A DNA stretch of 64,000 nt from Candidatus Nitrospinota bacterium M3_3B_026 (GTDB taxonomy: Bacteria; Nitrospinota_A; UBA7883; JBPRGF01): NCBI GenBank assembly GCA_051418015.1, contig JBPRGF010000029.1:1-64000 (forward strand), in the 5' to 3' direction. Each line of letters opens with the position of its first letter. Position 1 is the first letter of the stretch. The position numbers and the translations under genes are program-made. Below the pieces are notes generated by a model. That model ran no database searches, was not told the origin of the DNA, and worked only from the letters and a program-made list of their open reading frames with translations. Below, one piece after another: positions 37,856-47,283 of this stretch.

Positions 37856-37900
37856 CTCTTAATCAGCGGGTCACAGGTTCGAATCCTGTACGGCTCACCA
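37856..37900 (+). other. att site: 3' half of tRNA-Lys(CTT) duplicated by ICE integration
   Basis: CTCTTAATCAGCGGGTCACAGGTTCGAATCCTGTACGGCTCACCA = anticodon loop, T-arm and CCA; no 5' acceptor strand or D-arm upstream. Confidence 0.88.
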
Positions 37901-37919
37901 TTTTTTATCAACAGGTTGC

Positions 37920-37944
37920 GGGCTTTCGCCGCGGCCCTTTTTTC
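37920..37944 (+). terminator. Possible intrinsic terminator of the original tRNA gene
   Basis: GGGC...GCCC followed by a T-run. Confidence 0.4.
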
Positions 37945-38010
37945 ATTCCCCGCAAGCCCGGCGCGAAAATCCCTTGTTGTGACGGCGGCTCAAAAAGCTA
38001 AAATGTCCCT

Positions 38011-39711
38011 ATGCTCAAGGAGCTTTACGTCAAGGACTTCGCCATAGTGGACGAGGCCCGGGTGGAGTTCGCCGGGGGGCTCAACGCCCTCACCGGCGAG
38101 ACCGGCGCGGGAAAGTCGATCCTCGTGGAGGCGTTGGGCCTTGCCCTGGGGGGCCGATCCAGCGAGGAGATGATCCGGTCCGGCGCCGAGCGGGCCGTCG
38201 TGGAGGCGCTGTTCGACACCGACGACGTCCCCGGCCTGCCGGCCTGGCTTGCCGAGCAGGGGCTGGAGGGCGACGGCGGCGGGCTGCTCATCAGGCGCAT
38301 AATCACTAGAACCGGCAAGAACAGAACGTACATCAACGGCGCGATGGCCACCGTGGCGCAGCTGCGGGCCGCCGGGGAGACCCTTGTCGATATCCACGGC
38401 CAGAACGAGCACCAGACCCTCCTGAGGCCAAAAGCCCACCTGCCCTTTCTGGACTCTTTTCTCGGGATCGAAGGGGAGCGCGGGAAGTTCCAGGAGAAGT
38501 TCGACGAGTACAGGAGCGCCGCCGGGAAGCTGGCCTCGCTGAAAAAAGACCAGAGGGAGACCGAGCGGCGGATGGACCTTCTGCGCTTCCAGGTGAACGA
38601 GATCGACGCCGCTTCCCTTGCCCCCGGCGAGGACGAGGCGCTGGCCGCGGAAAAGAGCCGGCTTTCGAACGTCGAGGCGCTGATGGAGCTTGCCGCCGGG
38701 GCCGCGGGCGCCCTGGACGGGGGGGACCGGGCCGCCTCGGCCCTTCTCGGCGCCGCCCGGGCCGCCGTGGAGCGGATGGCCCAACTGGACGAGACGCTGG
38801 TCCCGCTCGCGTCGGAGCTTGTGGAGATAAGCCTGCGGGCCGACGAGGCGGCCGCCGAGCTGAGCCGCCACGCCGACGGAATCGAGCGCGACCCGGATAG
38901 GCTCGCCGAGGTGGACGACCGGCTGGACATGATAAAGAATCTCAAGAAAAAGTATGGCGGGACGATCGAAGACATCCTGGCCTTCCGTGACCAGGCGGCG
39001 GCGGAGCTTGCCGGGCTCGAGCTTGCCGGACAGAGCGCGGACGAGCTTGAAAAAAAGGCCGCCGAGCTTGGCCGTGAGACGGCCCGGCTTGCCCTGGCCC
39101 TGGACGAAAAGAGACGAGGCGGCGCGGACAGATTCGCGAAAGCCGTTCGGGGAGAGCTTGCCGGCCTGAACATGGGCAAGGCTCGGGTGGAGCTTGCCTT
39201 CGCTTACGGCGACGACCCGGAGAGCCCGGCGCGAAAAGACGGCAGAGGCGTGAAGATGAGCCGGGACGGGATCGGGCAGGTGGAGATCCTTTTTTCCTCC
39301 AACCCCGGCTCGCCGCCCAAGCCGTTCGTGAAGGTGGCCTCCGGCGGCGAGATGAGCAGGCTGATGCTGGCGTTGAAGACCGTCCTCCACGGCAAGCAGC
39401 CCGCGCCTGTCATCGTCTTCGACGAGATAGACGCGGGGATAGGAGGCGTCACGGCGGATCGGCTGGGCGAGAAGCTGCGCGAGCTCGCCGGGCGGGCGCA
39501 GGTCTTCTGCGTCACGCACCTGCCGCAGGTGGCCCGCCAGGCCCACGCTCACTACTCGGTGGAAAAACACGCATCGAGAGGGAAGACCGGCGTGGTGGTG
39601 GCGAAGCTCGACCGCGGCGGAAGGGTCGCCGAGCTGGCCCGCATGGCGGGCGGGGGGACTGCCAAAGAGTCGGCCATCAAATGGGCCGAAGAGGCCCTGG
39701 AGCAGAGTTGA
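38011..39711 (+). CDS. recN: DNA repair protein RecN
   Basis: TGETGAGKS, DIHGQNEHQ, ASGGEMSR, FDEID, THLPQVA. Confidence 0.97.
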   Translation: MLKELYVKDFAIVDEARVEFAGGLNALTGETGAGKSILVEALGLALGGRSSEEMIRSGAERAVVEALFDTDDVPGLPAWLAEQGLEGDGGGLLIRRIITRTGKNRTYINGAMATVAQLRAAGETLVDIHGQNEHQTLLRPKAHLPFLDSFLGIEGERGKFQEKFDEYRSAAGKLASLKKDQRETERRMDLLRFQVNEIDAASLAPGEDEALAAEKSRLSNVEALMELAAGAAGALDGGDRAASALLGAARAAVERMAQLDETLVPLASELVEISLRADEAAAELSRHADGIERDPDRLAEVDDRLDMIKNLKKKYGGTIEDILAFRDQAAAELAGLELAGQSADELEKKAAELGRETARLALALDEKRRGGADRFAKAVRGELAGLNMGKARVELAFAYGDDPESPARKDGRGVKMSRDGIGQVEILFSSNPGSPPKPFVKVASGGEMSRLMLALKTVLHGKQPAPVIVFDEIDAGIGGVTADRLGEKLRELAGRAQVFCVTHLPQVARQAHAHYSVEKHASRGKTGVVVAKLDRGGRVAELARMAGGGTAKESAIKWAEEALEQS

Positions 39712-39853
39712 CCTGTCCGTCTCTCCTGGAGCGTCGGCGAAGGGTTTGGAACGGTGGATTGAAGCCGCGACGCAGACGCCATCTCACTGAGCCGCGCGAT
39801 CAATGTCACTCCAAGCCGGAGGCGAAGGGTTTCGTATTCTCCCCATCAGCGCC

Positions 39854-40699
39854 ATGGCCGTAATATCAGCGTCACGGCGGACAGACATTCCCGCCTTGCA
39901 TGGCCAGTGGCTGATGGACAGGTTCCGGGAGGGGCGCGTCGAGGTAAAAAACCCCTACAACGGAAAAATCTCCGAGATTTCCCTCAGGCCGGGGGACGTG
40001 GACGGGGTCGTCTTCTGGTCGAGAAACTACCGCCCCATGCTGGAGAGCCTTTCCCGGCTGAGCGGGATGGGATACGGGTTCTATTGCCAATACACCATCA
40101 TCGGCTACCCGCGCCTTTTCGACCCCGGCTCGCCCGGCGTGGAGGCCGCCGCCGGGACAGCCCGGGAGCTTGCCGCCAGGTTCGGGCCGGACACGGTGGT
40201 ATGGCGGTACGACCCTATAATCCTGACCTCCATGACGGACGCCGCCTGGCATCTCGAAAATTTCCCGCGGCTGCTTGGCCTGATGGAGGGCTCGACGGAC
40301 ACCTGCGTCATATCCTTCATCGACGTCTACAGGAAGGTGGAGCGCAACTTTTTGCCCCTGCTCAAAGAACACGGTGCGGAGTTTTACCGCCCCCGGCGCG
40401 AGGAACTGGAGGAGCTTGCCGCCGGGATGGCCCGGATGGCCGCGAAGGCGGGGATAACCGTCCGGTCATGCTGCGAGCCGGAGCTTGAGGCGGCTCCGAA
40501 GGGCTCGTGCGTGGACGCGGAGAGGCTCGGGCGCGTCACGGACCGGGACCTTTCCGGGCTCAAAAAGAGGCCGACAAGAGAGGGGTGCCTCTGTTACGCC
40601 TCGAAGGACATAGGCGCCTACGACACCTGTACGCTCGGCTGCGCCTATTGCTACGCCAACCGCTCCCCGGCGCTCCAGCGGCCTACTAAAAGACCTTGA
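39854..40699 (+). CDS. DUF1848 family protein
   Basis: ISASRRTDIPA, WRYDPI, DIGAYDTCTLGCAYCYAN. Confidence 0.9.
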   Translation: MAVISASRRTDIPALHGQWLMDRFREGRVEVKNPYNGKISEISLRPGDVDGVVFWSRNYRPMLESLSRLSGMGYGFYCQYTIIGYPRLFDPGSPGVEAAAGTARELAARFGPDTVVWRYDPIILTSMTDAAWHLENFPRLLGLMEGSTDTCVISFIDVYRKVERNFLPLLKEHGAEFYRPRREELEELAAGMARMAAKAGITVRSCCEPELEAAPKGSCVDAERLGRVTDRDLSGLKKRPTREGCLCYASKDIGAYDTCTLGCAYCYANRSPALQRPTKRP

Positions 40700-41765
40700 C
40701 GTTCATCTGCTCGCGGAGCTTTTTCACGTAGGACTGGACGCCGTCCCTTACCTTCTCCTGCTCGAGCTTTGTCCTGACATCCTCCTTGACCTCCTCGAAG
40801 GGCAGCACGCCCGCGGGGCGGCGCTCCAGGACCTTTACGAGGTGGTAGCCGAACCTGCTCTCCACGATCCCGGAGACCTTGCCCGGCTCTGTGTTGAAGG
40901 CCGCCTCCTCGAACTCCGGCACCATCCTGCCACGCCCGAAGAAGCCGAGATCGCCGCCGTTGGACGCCGTGCCGGGGTCTTCGCTGACGGAGCGGGCCAA
41001 TTCGGCGAAATCCTCACCCTTCCCGAGCCGCTCGAGAACGGTTTCGATCTTCTCTTTCGCCTTCTTTTTCTCCTCCGGGCCGGCGTCGCTGTCGAACCGC
41101 GCCAGGATATGGGCGGCGTGGACCTGCTCGGGCTTTTCGAACTCGAGCTTGTTCACCTCGTAGTATTCCCGCGCCTGCTCGTCGGTCACGTCGATCTTGC
41201 TTACGACGTGTTTTTCAACGAGGCCCTGTATGGCCAGGTTCTGCCTGATGCTGTCTTTCACCTTTGCTTCCGTCAGCTCCTGCGCCGCCAGGGCCTGCTT
41301 GAAAGCATCCTCGCTGGGGAAGTTTTTCTTGATAGCGGTGAAGCTCGCCTCCACCTTCTCCGGTGGCGCCTGCATCTTCTCCTTCTCCGCCTGACGGCGA
41401 AGAGTCTCGGTGTTGATGTAATTCTCCAGCATCATCGACTTGATCTGCTCGAACCGCTCCTGGCCTATGGGGTTGTTCGCCTGCTTCATGTTCTCCCTGA
41501 AGCGCTCAAGGTCGGCCACGTAGCCGTCCCTCTTGATGGGCTCGCCTTCGATTTCGGCCACGACCTCCGGTATCTCGTCCAGACCAAGGTCCAGGGGCTT
41601 GCCCGCCTCGGCGGCGTCGGATGATTTCGGCAGGGAAAAGTTCAGGGAAGAGTCCGTTTCCCCGCCGCCCGGCGCGGAGACGGGGCCGCCCCCGTAGACA
41701 TAAAACAGCGACCCGGCGGCGATCGCCGCCACCAGGATGATTATTCCTATTGTCCGCAAAACCAT
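40686..41765 (-). CDS. PpiC/parvulin-type peptidyl-prolyl isomerase (SurA/PrsA-like)
   Basis: HAAHIL, FAELARSVSED, GGDLGFF, FEEAAF, SRFGYHLVK. Confidence 0.93.
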   Translation of the reverse strand: MVLRTIGIIILVAAIAAGSLFYVYGGGPVSAPGGGETDSSLNFSLPKSSDAAEAGKPLDLGLDEIPEVVAEIEGEPIKRDGYVADLERFRENMKQANNPIGQERFEQIKSMMLENYINTETLRRQAEKEKMQAPPEKVEASFTAIKKNFPSEDAFKQALAAQELTEAKVKDSIRQNLAIQGLVEKHVVSKIDVTDEQAREYYEVNKLEFEKPEQVHAAHILARFDSDAGPEEKKKAKEKIETVLERLGKGEDFAELARSVSEDPGTASNGGDLGFFGRGRMVPEFEEAAFNTEPGKVSGIVESRFGYHLVKVLERRPAGVLPFEEVKEDVRTKLEQEKVRDGVQSYVKKLREQMNVKVF

Positions 41766-41897
41766 GATCCTCTCCTGTCTCCAGCATTAAAGTTAAAAGT
41801 CTATCCTCTACGCCGGGGGGATGGCAAGGGGATTAAAAACGCATGTGGGGAGGCGGGGCAACGGTTTTGCGCTTTTTCAGATATGGGCGGCCCGAGA

Positions 41898-42209
41898 CTA
41901 CACGGCCGTTCTCATGACCTCTTCGTAGGCTTCGATGACCTTGTTGCGCACCTGCATCGTCAGCTTGAAGGCGATCTCGGCCTTGCTCAAGGCTATCATC
42001 GTTTCGTGTATGTTCTTTGATTTGCCGGCGACAAGGTTTTCTATGGCATTGTCCGCCTCGAGCTGGTACTGGTTCACCTCCTTCAGGGAATCCGCCAGGG
42101 TGTTGGCGAACGACCCCCCCTCCTCCCCTTTCCTGCCGGCGTTCTGGATCTTCAGTGAGGAGCCGAGAGGCTCCATGTTCGTAAGGACTTTCATGCCAAG
42201 GTCAGCCAT
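41898..42209 (-). CDS. fliE: Flagellar hook-basal body protein FliE
   Basis: IHETMIA..KAEIAF..QVRNKVIEAYEEVMR. Confidence 0.93.
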   Translation of the reverse strand: MADLGMKVLTNMEPLGSSLKIQNAGRKGEEGGSFANTLADSLKEVNQYQLEADNAIENLVAGKSKNIHETMIALSKAEIAFKLTMQVRNKVIEAYEEVMRTAV

Positions 42210-42298
42210 CGTCTGTTCTCCCCGTCTCAAAACGACCGCCGCGCCAGCGGTTCAGTCAGCTCGGCCCCCTTGATTCAAGGGTCAGCCGTTCTCCACTC

Positions 42299-42718
42299 TT
42301 AAAGACTTCTTTCTATGGCCTCGTCGATTATGCCGCCCCTCTTGCCCCGGACGGCTATCAGCGTCTGGTAGGTAAGGGACGTCTCCAGAAGTTTCGCCAT
42401 CTCGCGATCCAGGTTTACGTTGTTGCCGTCCAGCCGGGGCGCGTCCTGCGAAACCCCCACCTTCGGCTTGAACCCTTCCAGGCCGCCGTCAGCGCCGTCC
42501 AGGTGCCGCGGGTCGGTCGTTTTCACCCCGATGCCGGGCTTGTAGGCCTCTTTCAGCCTATTTTCAAAAGGTTCCAGGTCAACGGCCTTGTAGCCGGGCG
42601 TCTCGACGTTCGCTATGTTGCTGTTGACCAGCAGCGCCCGCTGGGCGTGGATGTCCATCGCTTTGCTGACGAGCCTGCCCACCTTGTTGGTGAAGAGCAG
42701 ATCGCTGACAAGTCCCAT
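42299..42718 (-). CDS. flgB: Flagellar basal-body rod protein FlgB
   Basis: NIANVETPGYKA, RLDGNNVNLDREM. Confidence 0.92.
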   Translation of the reverse strand: MGLVSDLLFTNKVGRLVSKAMDIHAQRALLVNSNIANVETPGYKAVDLEPFENRLKEAYKPGIGVKTTDPRHLDGADGGLEGFKPKVGVSQDAPRLDGNNVNLDREMAKLLETSLTYQTLIAVRGKRGGIIDEAIERSL

Positions 42719-42755
42719 CGATCGCCTCCTGAAAACATTCCTTTACCTAGTTGGA

Positions 42756-42771
42756 AGCAAATGCGGCGCCA
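42756..42771 (-). promoter_or_regulatory. Sigma-54 promoter for flgB
   Basis: Minus strand TGGCGC-CGCAT-TTGCT matches the -24/-12 consensus, 38 bp upstream of flgB. Confidence 0.75.
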
Positions 42772-42922
42772 TTGCCGGGAAACGGACGGGCCGACAGCTA
42801 ACTCATTGATATACAATCGTAAATCCCCGGAGCCGGGCCGCGGGATTTTTGACTTTCGGGAAATTTTGGCGCGGTCCGGCGCGTCAGGGAACCGTCGCGG
42901 CGCTCATGTTAAAATATGCCCC

Positions 42923-43846
42923 ATGAAAACGGACTTGAAAAAGCTTGAGAAAACGGGCCCCGGAGAGGACCGGGAGCGCGGCGCGGAGCAGGACATCGCG
43001 GACGAGGCCCTTGTTCTGGCGGACCCGCTGCAGCTTTACATCAGCAAAATCAAGAAGTATCCCATCCTCACCGCCGAGCAGGAGCGAGAGCTGGCCCTCC
43101 GTTTCCAGCGGACGGGCGACCGCGAGGCGGCTTTCCGGCTGGTGACGTCGAACCTGATGCTGGTTGTGAAGATAGCCTTCGAGTTTCGCTCCTCGTTCCA
43201 GAACATGCTGGACCTGATCCAGGAGGGCAACTACGGCCTGATGCGCGCCGTCAGAAAATTCAACCCCTTGAAGGGCGCGCGGCTTTCCACCTACGCCTCG
43301 TACTGGATCCGCGCCTACATGATAAAGTTTCTGCTGGACAACTGGCGGCTCGTCCGGGTGGGGACGACCAACACCCGCAGAAAGCTCCTCTACAACCTCC
43401 GCGCCCTGGAGATGAAGATGAAAGAGGGCGGAATCGAGGCCGGGCCGAAGCTGCTGGCCGAAAAACTCGGCGCCTCCGAGCGGGACGTCATCGATGTCCA
43501 GAAAAGCCTCGGCGCCCAGGACGCCTCCATTCACCAGCCCGTGGAGGAGGGCTCCACCCGCACGCTCGCCGAGACACTCTCCGCCTCCGGGCGGGACGTA
43601 TCCGAGGATATCGGTGAAGAGCAGATGATGGAAAAACTCCAGGAGGCGATCGAACAGTTCAAAAAGGATCTGAAACCCAGCGACCGCGTCATATTGGACG
43701 AAAGGATACTCTCCGACGAGCCCACGACCCTGCGGGAGATAGGCGAGCGCCACGGCATCACCCGCGAGGCCGTCCGGCAGGCGGAGGCGAGGCTTTTGAA
43801 ACGCCTCAAGAAATTCGTGGGAGAGCGGCTGGCGGGCGCGGCTTAG
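42923..43846 (+). CDS. rpoH: RNA polymerase sigma factor, RpoH/sigma-32 family
   Basis: DLIQEGNYGLM, YASYWIRAY, NWRLVRVGTT..RKLLYNL RpoH-box-like, TLREIG..TREAVRQAE. Confidence 0.8.
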   Translation: MKTDLKKLEKTGPGEDRERGAEQDIADEALVLADPLQLYISKIKKYPILTAEQERELALRFQRTGDREAAFRLVTSNLMLVVKIAFEFRSSFQNMLDLIQEGNYGLMRAVRKFNPLKGARLSTYASYWIRAYMIKFLLDNWRLVRVGTTNTRRKLLYNLRALEMKMKEGGIEAGPKLLAEKLGASERDVIDVQKSLGAQDASIHQPVEEGSTRTLAETLSASGRDVSEDIGEEQMMEKLQEAIEQFKKDLKPSDRVILDERILSDEPTTLREIGERHGITREAVRQAEARLLKRLKKFVGERLAGAA

Positions 43847-44517
43847 GAGGGCTTTGATGAATTTTTCATTTTGATATTTTGCAAAAAATCCACTAACTCA
43901 TGGACACGAGTGGAAGGATCATCGGTATCAGCTGACTGTGCGGCTTTAAAAGCTTTGACGGCGTTGGCTTTGGCCGTCTCCAATTTATCTTCAAGGGACG
44001 AGAAGACATCACGTTGCCCTTTGTCATAATCAGGCAAATATTTTTTAAGCGCTGATGTTAATTGGAAGCATGCGCTTTTCCCTGACATGGCGCTATATGA
44101 CTTTGTGGTGTAAATGAAGTGCAGTATTAGCCAATACTCAAAGCATGGAACCGAGGTGATGGCGAAGAAAGTATTTTTAGGCGCAACTCGATTAATGGCG
44201 TCCACAGCCTGCGCGTAATTTGTGTGGTTGTCTTTGTCAAAGACGCAATACACCCTATCAAAGGGGTCGCCAGCGCCTTCCTTATCATAGAGTTCCTTGG
44301 CATGTTCGATTATGCTGACCGGATCGGAGCCGCATTCTTCTCCACAGATTTCCACATTTGCGCTGTTAAGGCGGTAGTAATCTTTTAATCCTTTAAAGTA
44401 ATTCGGCTCCGTTTTTTCACCTTCACAAACGATCAATACCTTGGCGTAAGGTTCTCTCCTGGGTTTGCGGCGTCTTAATTCACGCGCCTGCCTCGCTTTC
44501 CTTCTAGAGAAGCCCAT
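43843..44517 (-). CDS. RloB family protein
   Basis: IVCEGEKTEPNYF, YCVFDKD, SVPCFEYWLILHF, PSTRVHELV. Confidence 0.9.
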   Translation of the reverse strand: MGFSRRKARQARELRRRKPRREPYAKVLIVCEGEKTEPNYFKGLKDYYRLNSANVEICGEECGSDPVSIIEHAKELYDKEGAGDPFDRVYCVFDKDNHTNYAQAVDAINRVAPKNTFFAITSVPCFEYWLILHFIYTTKSYSAMSGKSACFQLTSALKKYLPDYDKGQRDVFSSLEDKLETAKANAVKAFKAAQSADTDDPSTRVHELVDFLQNIKMKNSSKPS

Positions 44518-45794
44518 CAGTTATGCGTCTTTAGCGGCTTTATATATGGCAAAGCGCCATAACGCCCCGAGAGGTACGCCAGTTCAAGGTTTTCACGCCC
44601 CTTGCGCGGGTGGAAATCTGTTAAAGGGTAAAGCGTTGTTGCTTGATCCTGGCCCTTTTCGCAAAACCAGATTTGATCACGGCGAAATACCTCCTGGTTG
44701 AGAATAGAAGTTTCGTGGGTGGTGAAAACCAGTTGAGCGTTTTTAGGATTGGTCTCACTACTGTGAAAAAGCTGTACTAAAAACCGCACCAACTGTGGAT
44801 GCAGGTTGTCGTGCAGTTCGTCGATAAAGAGCACGTAGCCATTAGATAAAGTGTCAATCCAAGGCCCGGCGAAGGAGAAAAGTTTTTGAGTGCCGTCTGA
44901 CTCATCTTTGAAGTCGAATGACACCGTATCACCCTCGCTGCTTTTGTGGATAGTCTTAATCTTGATGAGTTCTTTGCCTTCCAGTTCGCCAGCAATTGTA
45001 TTTTTGACATGCTCCGGCATATCGTCTGGCAATTCTTTGATATCAAAAGGCTTTTTCTTGGCAATGACATCTTCAATGTTCAGGTCGGCCGCGCGCAGAT
45101 AATCCATTATTTCCTGTTTTTCCTTCGATTTTTCGCAAAGCGAAGCGCTAAAAGTTGGAGCCAAGCCTGGAAGATTAACGATGTACAACGTGTCACTAAA
45201 CCAGTCATAGATTGGTTGCAATTGCTGGCTATTGAGTTGAACGGCAGTTGAAAGAAACAACGCGTTGTCTCGCGTGGACTTTTGCCAGAGCTGTTTCTCA
45301 CCTAATAGATTGTTGCCAAGCTCCCAGTCATATTTGCTACTTTCAACGTTCCAGGCCCGATCGAACCACCGCTGGGGACGGCCTTTAGGGTAGGCCAACA
45401 GCCACTCCTCATGAATGCGGTCTTCTGTGGCTGAAAAACCATACTGGTAACGGACGTGGTTGACGATGAAAACCACCTCGAACACACTTGGAGCATTGCT
45501 GGTGGTTTGGCTTAGGCGAAACGGCGTGACCGGCAGTTTGTCGCCGCGTTTTTGACTTGTAGCCGACCCCAAAACAATCTGCTGCATGGTTCGCAACGCG
45601 AGCAAAACATTTGTTTTGCCTCCAGCGTTCGGGCCATAGATCGCGGCGGAGCGCAACAGGTCGAACTCGCGGAAAGCTTGCGCCTTGAAGGTATTGGTTT
45701 GGACCAACTCTTCTTTGCCGCTTGCTTTAACCAGACTGAGTGTCTGGCGGTCACGCACTGAGCGAAAGTTGGTCACACTGAATTCGATTAACAT
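44517..45794 (-). CDS. AAA_21/AbiEii-like ATPase (RloA-like)
   Basis: NFRS, YGPNAGGKTN, ESDGT, IDELHDNLHP, QLVFTTH, RRDQIWF, YLSGRYGALP. Confidence 0.92.
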   Translation of the reverse strand: MLIEFSVTNFRSVRDRQTLSLVKASGKEELVQTNTFKAQAFREFDLLRSAAIYGPNAGGKTNVLLALRTMQQIVLGSATSQKRGDKLPVTPFRLSQTTSNAPSVFEVVFIVNHVRYQYGFSATEDRIHEEWLLAYPKGRPQRWFDRAWNVESSKYDWELGNNLLGEKQLWQKSTRDNALFLSTAVQLNSQQLQPIYDWFSDTLYIVNLPGLAPTFSASLCEKSKEKQEIMDYLRAADLNIEDVIAKKKPFDIKELPDDMPEHVKNTIAGELEGKELIKIKTIHKSSEGDTVSFDFKDESDGTQKLFSFAGPWIDTLSNGYVLFIDELHDNLHPQLVRFLVQLFHSSETNPKNAQLVFTTHETSILNQEVFRRDQIWFCEKGQDQATTLYPLTDFHPRKGRENLELAYLSGRYGALPYIKPLKTHN

Positions 45795-46016
45795 CGGCCT
45801 CCCCTTTTAGCGCCTAATTTGGCAAATAATGTCAAAAATAACACTACAAATGAGTTTTGTCCATCCTTAACTGGAAAAAACGGTAATATGTGAAAAAGAA
45901 GCGGTGTTTTTTCTCTCCTGACAGATCTCCCTGCCGCCCCGGGTTCTCCCCCGGCGCCGCGTGTGGTAGAATCCAGAGAACCCGAAATGTTAGTGAATAT
46001 ATAAAGGGATTTAGAC

Positions 46017-46406
46017 ATGCCGGAAGAGCCGAGCCCCGAAAACGAGATGGAGATCCTCTCCAAAGCCATCGTGGACGCCATAGTCAGGTCCCGCGACGTC
46101 AGAAAGGCGATAGCCAGGCTTTCCGGCTCGGACGAGATCGACTCGAAGTCGTTCATGGTGCTCATGCTGAAAGTGGGCAACCTGGCCGAGGCCATGGGGT
46201 TCGACGTTCCGCCAGGCGGCGGGGACGGCGCCGCGAAAGAAGGGACGAACGGCGAGGCAGGGGACAAGCCGGACGAGCAGGTCAAGCTGCCCGACTCCTA
46301 CGAGGACGGCAGGAGGCTTTCGAGGGCCGAAAAGGCTTTCAGGGAGTACCTGTCAAAGGTCTTCGACCAGGACGAGTGGCTGAGAAAGAACGGGCTTATC
46401 TACTGA
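46017..46406 (+). CDS. Hypothetical protein
   Basis: 129-aa ORF with host-like codon usage. Confidence 0.7.
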   Translation: MPEEPSPENEMEILSKAIVDAIVRSRDVRKAIARLSGSDEIDSKSFMVLMLKVGNLAEAMGFDVPPGGGDGAAKEGTNGEAGDKPDEQVKLPDSYEDGRRLSRAEKAFREYLSKVFDQDEWLRKNGLIY

Positions 46407-46508
46407 TCCTCCAGCCGGAGCCCCCGATGCGGGGCGCGGCCTCTTGAGCGGGAGACCTTTGCGGAACCAACAGGCTTTGCCGGTTTGCCGTCCTGAGCCG
46501 CCCTTTTT

Positions 46509-46562
46509 TGTCATCCTGAGCCCCTTCGGCTTCGCCCCAGGGCGGGCTCCGGCGAAGGATTT
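46509..46562. repeat. REP-like intergenic palindromic element
   Basis: TGTCATCCTGAGC...GGCGAAGGAT; degenerate relatives at 39719-39747 and 39804-39832. Confidence 0.5.
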
Positions 46563-46603
46563 TGTCTTTCTCACCGGCCTGCTGAAACTTGGCGGGGTTT
46601 GAC

Positions 46604-47245
46604 ATGCGTCATCTCGACGGGGCCAAGAGGGTGATGGTCGAGCGCCATCTTGCCGGCCGCGACATAACCGACCCCGCTGTCCTCCGGGCCATGGGGAGCG
46701 TCCCCCGCGAGGATTTCGTCCCCGAGTCGTTTAAAAGATACGCCTACGACGACAACCCCCTGCCGATCGGCCACGGCCAGACCATAAGCCAGCCTTACAT
46801 AGTGGCCCTGATGATCCAGGAGCTGCGTGTGGAGCCTTCCGACATGGTTCTGGAGATAGGCGGCGGCTCCGGCTACCAGGCGGCGGTTCTCTCGCTGCTG
46901 GCCGATCACGTCTACAGCGTGGAGATAATCCCCGAGCTTGCCGGGCAGGCCGCCGGGTGTCTATCAAGGCTGGGTTATAATAACGTCACGGTTGTGACCG
47001 GCGACGGCCGCCTGGGCTGGCCCGAGGCCGCGCCCTATGACAAGATAATCGGCGCCGCCGCCATCGACCACGTGCCGGAGCCGCTCGAGGAGCAGCTGAA
47101 GGAGGGGGGACGGCTGATCCTGCCGGTGGGAGGCGAATATTTCCAGGACCTGCTTTTGGGAGAGAAAAAAGGTGGCCAGATGCTTTACAGTTCGGTGACG
47201 ACGGTGCGTTTCGTCCCCATGACCGGCGACGCAGGGGAACGCTGA
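46604..47245 (+). CDS. pcm: Protein-L-isoaspartate O-methyltransferase
   Basis: GQTISQPY, VLEIGGGSGYQAA, APYDKI, VRFVPM. Confidence 0.95.
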   Translation: MRHLDGAKRVMVERHLAGRDITDPAVLRAMGSVPREDFVPESFKRYAYDDNPLPIGHGQTISQPYIVALMIQELRVEPSDMVLEIGGGSGYQAAVLSLLADHVYSVEIIPELAGQAAGCLSRLGYNNVTVVTGDGRLGWPEAAPYDKIIGAAAIDHVPEPLEEQLKEGGRLILPVGGEYFQDLLLGEKKGGQMLYSSVTTVRFVPMTGDAGER

Positions 47246-47283
47246 GCCTGCGCCGGACGGCGGAGAGTTTCGGAGCGACGATC

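Larger units (their letters stand above)
1..37900. mobile_element. Integrative conjugative element (F-type T4SS) integrated at tRNA-Lys(CTT); left part extends beyond the window
   Basis: F-type tra gene set, tyrosine integrase, excisionase/repressor switch, tRNA 3' fragment at the right boundary, and a change to GC-richer housekeeping genes right after 37900. Confidence 0.92.

Noticed and set aside
37820..37900. Intact tRNA-Lys gene
   Set aside because: The 5' acceptor strand (expected GAGCCGT) and D-arm are absent; only the 3' half is present, so it is treated as an att site
1..37900. Relaxase, TraD coupling protein and a defined oriT
   Set aside because: No such motifs found in the window; they probably lie further left, so self-transmissibility cannot be asserted
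37990..39570. 526-aa minus-strand ORF
   Set aside because: Antisense shadow of recN in GC-rich DNA
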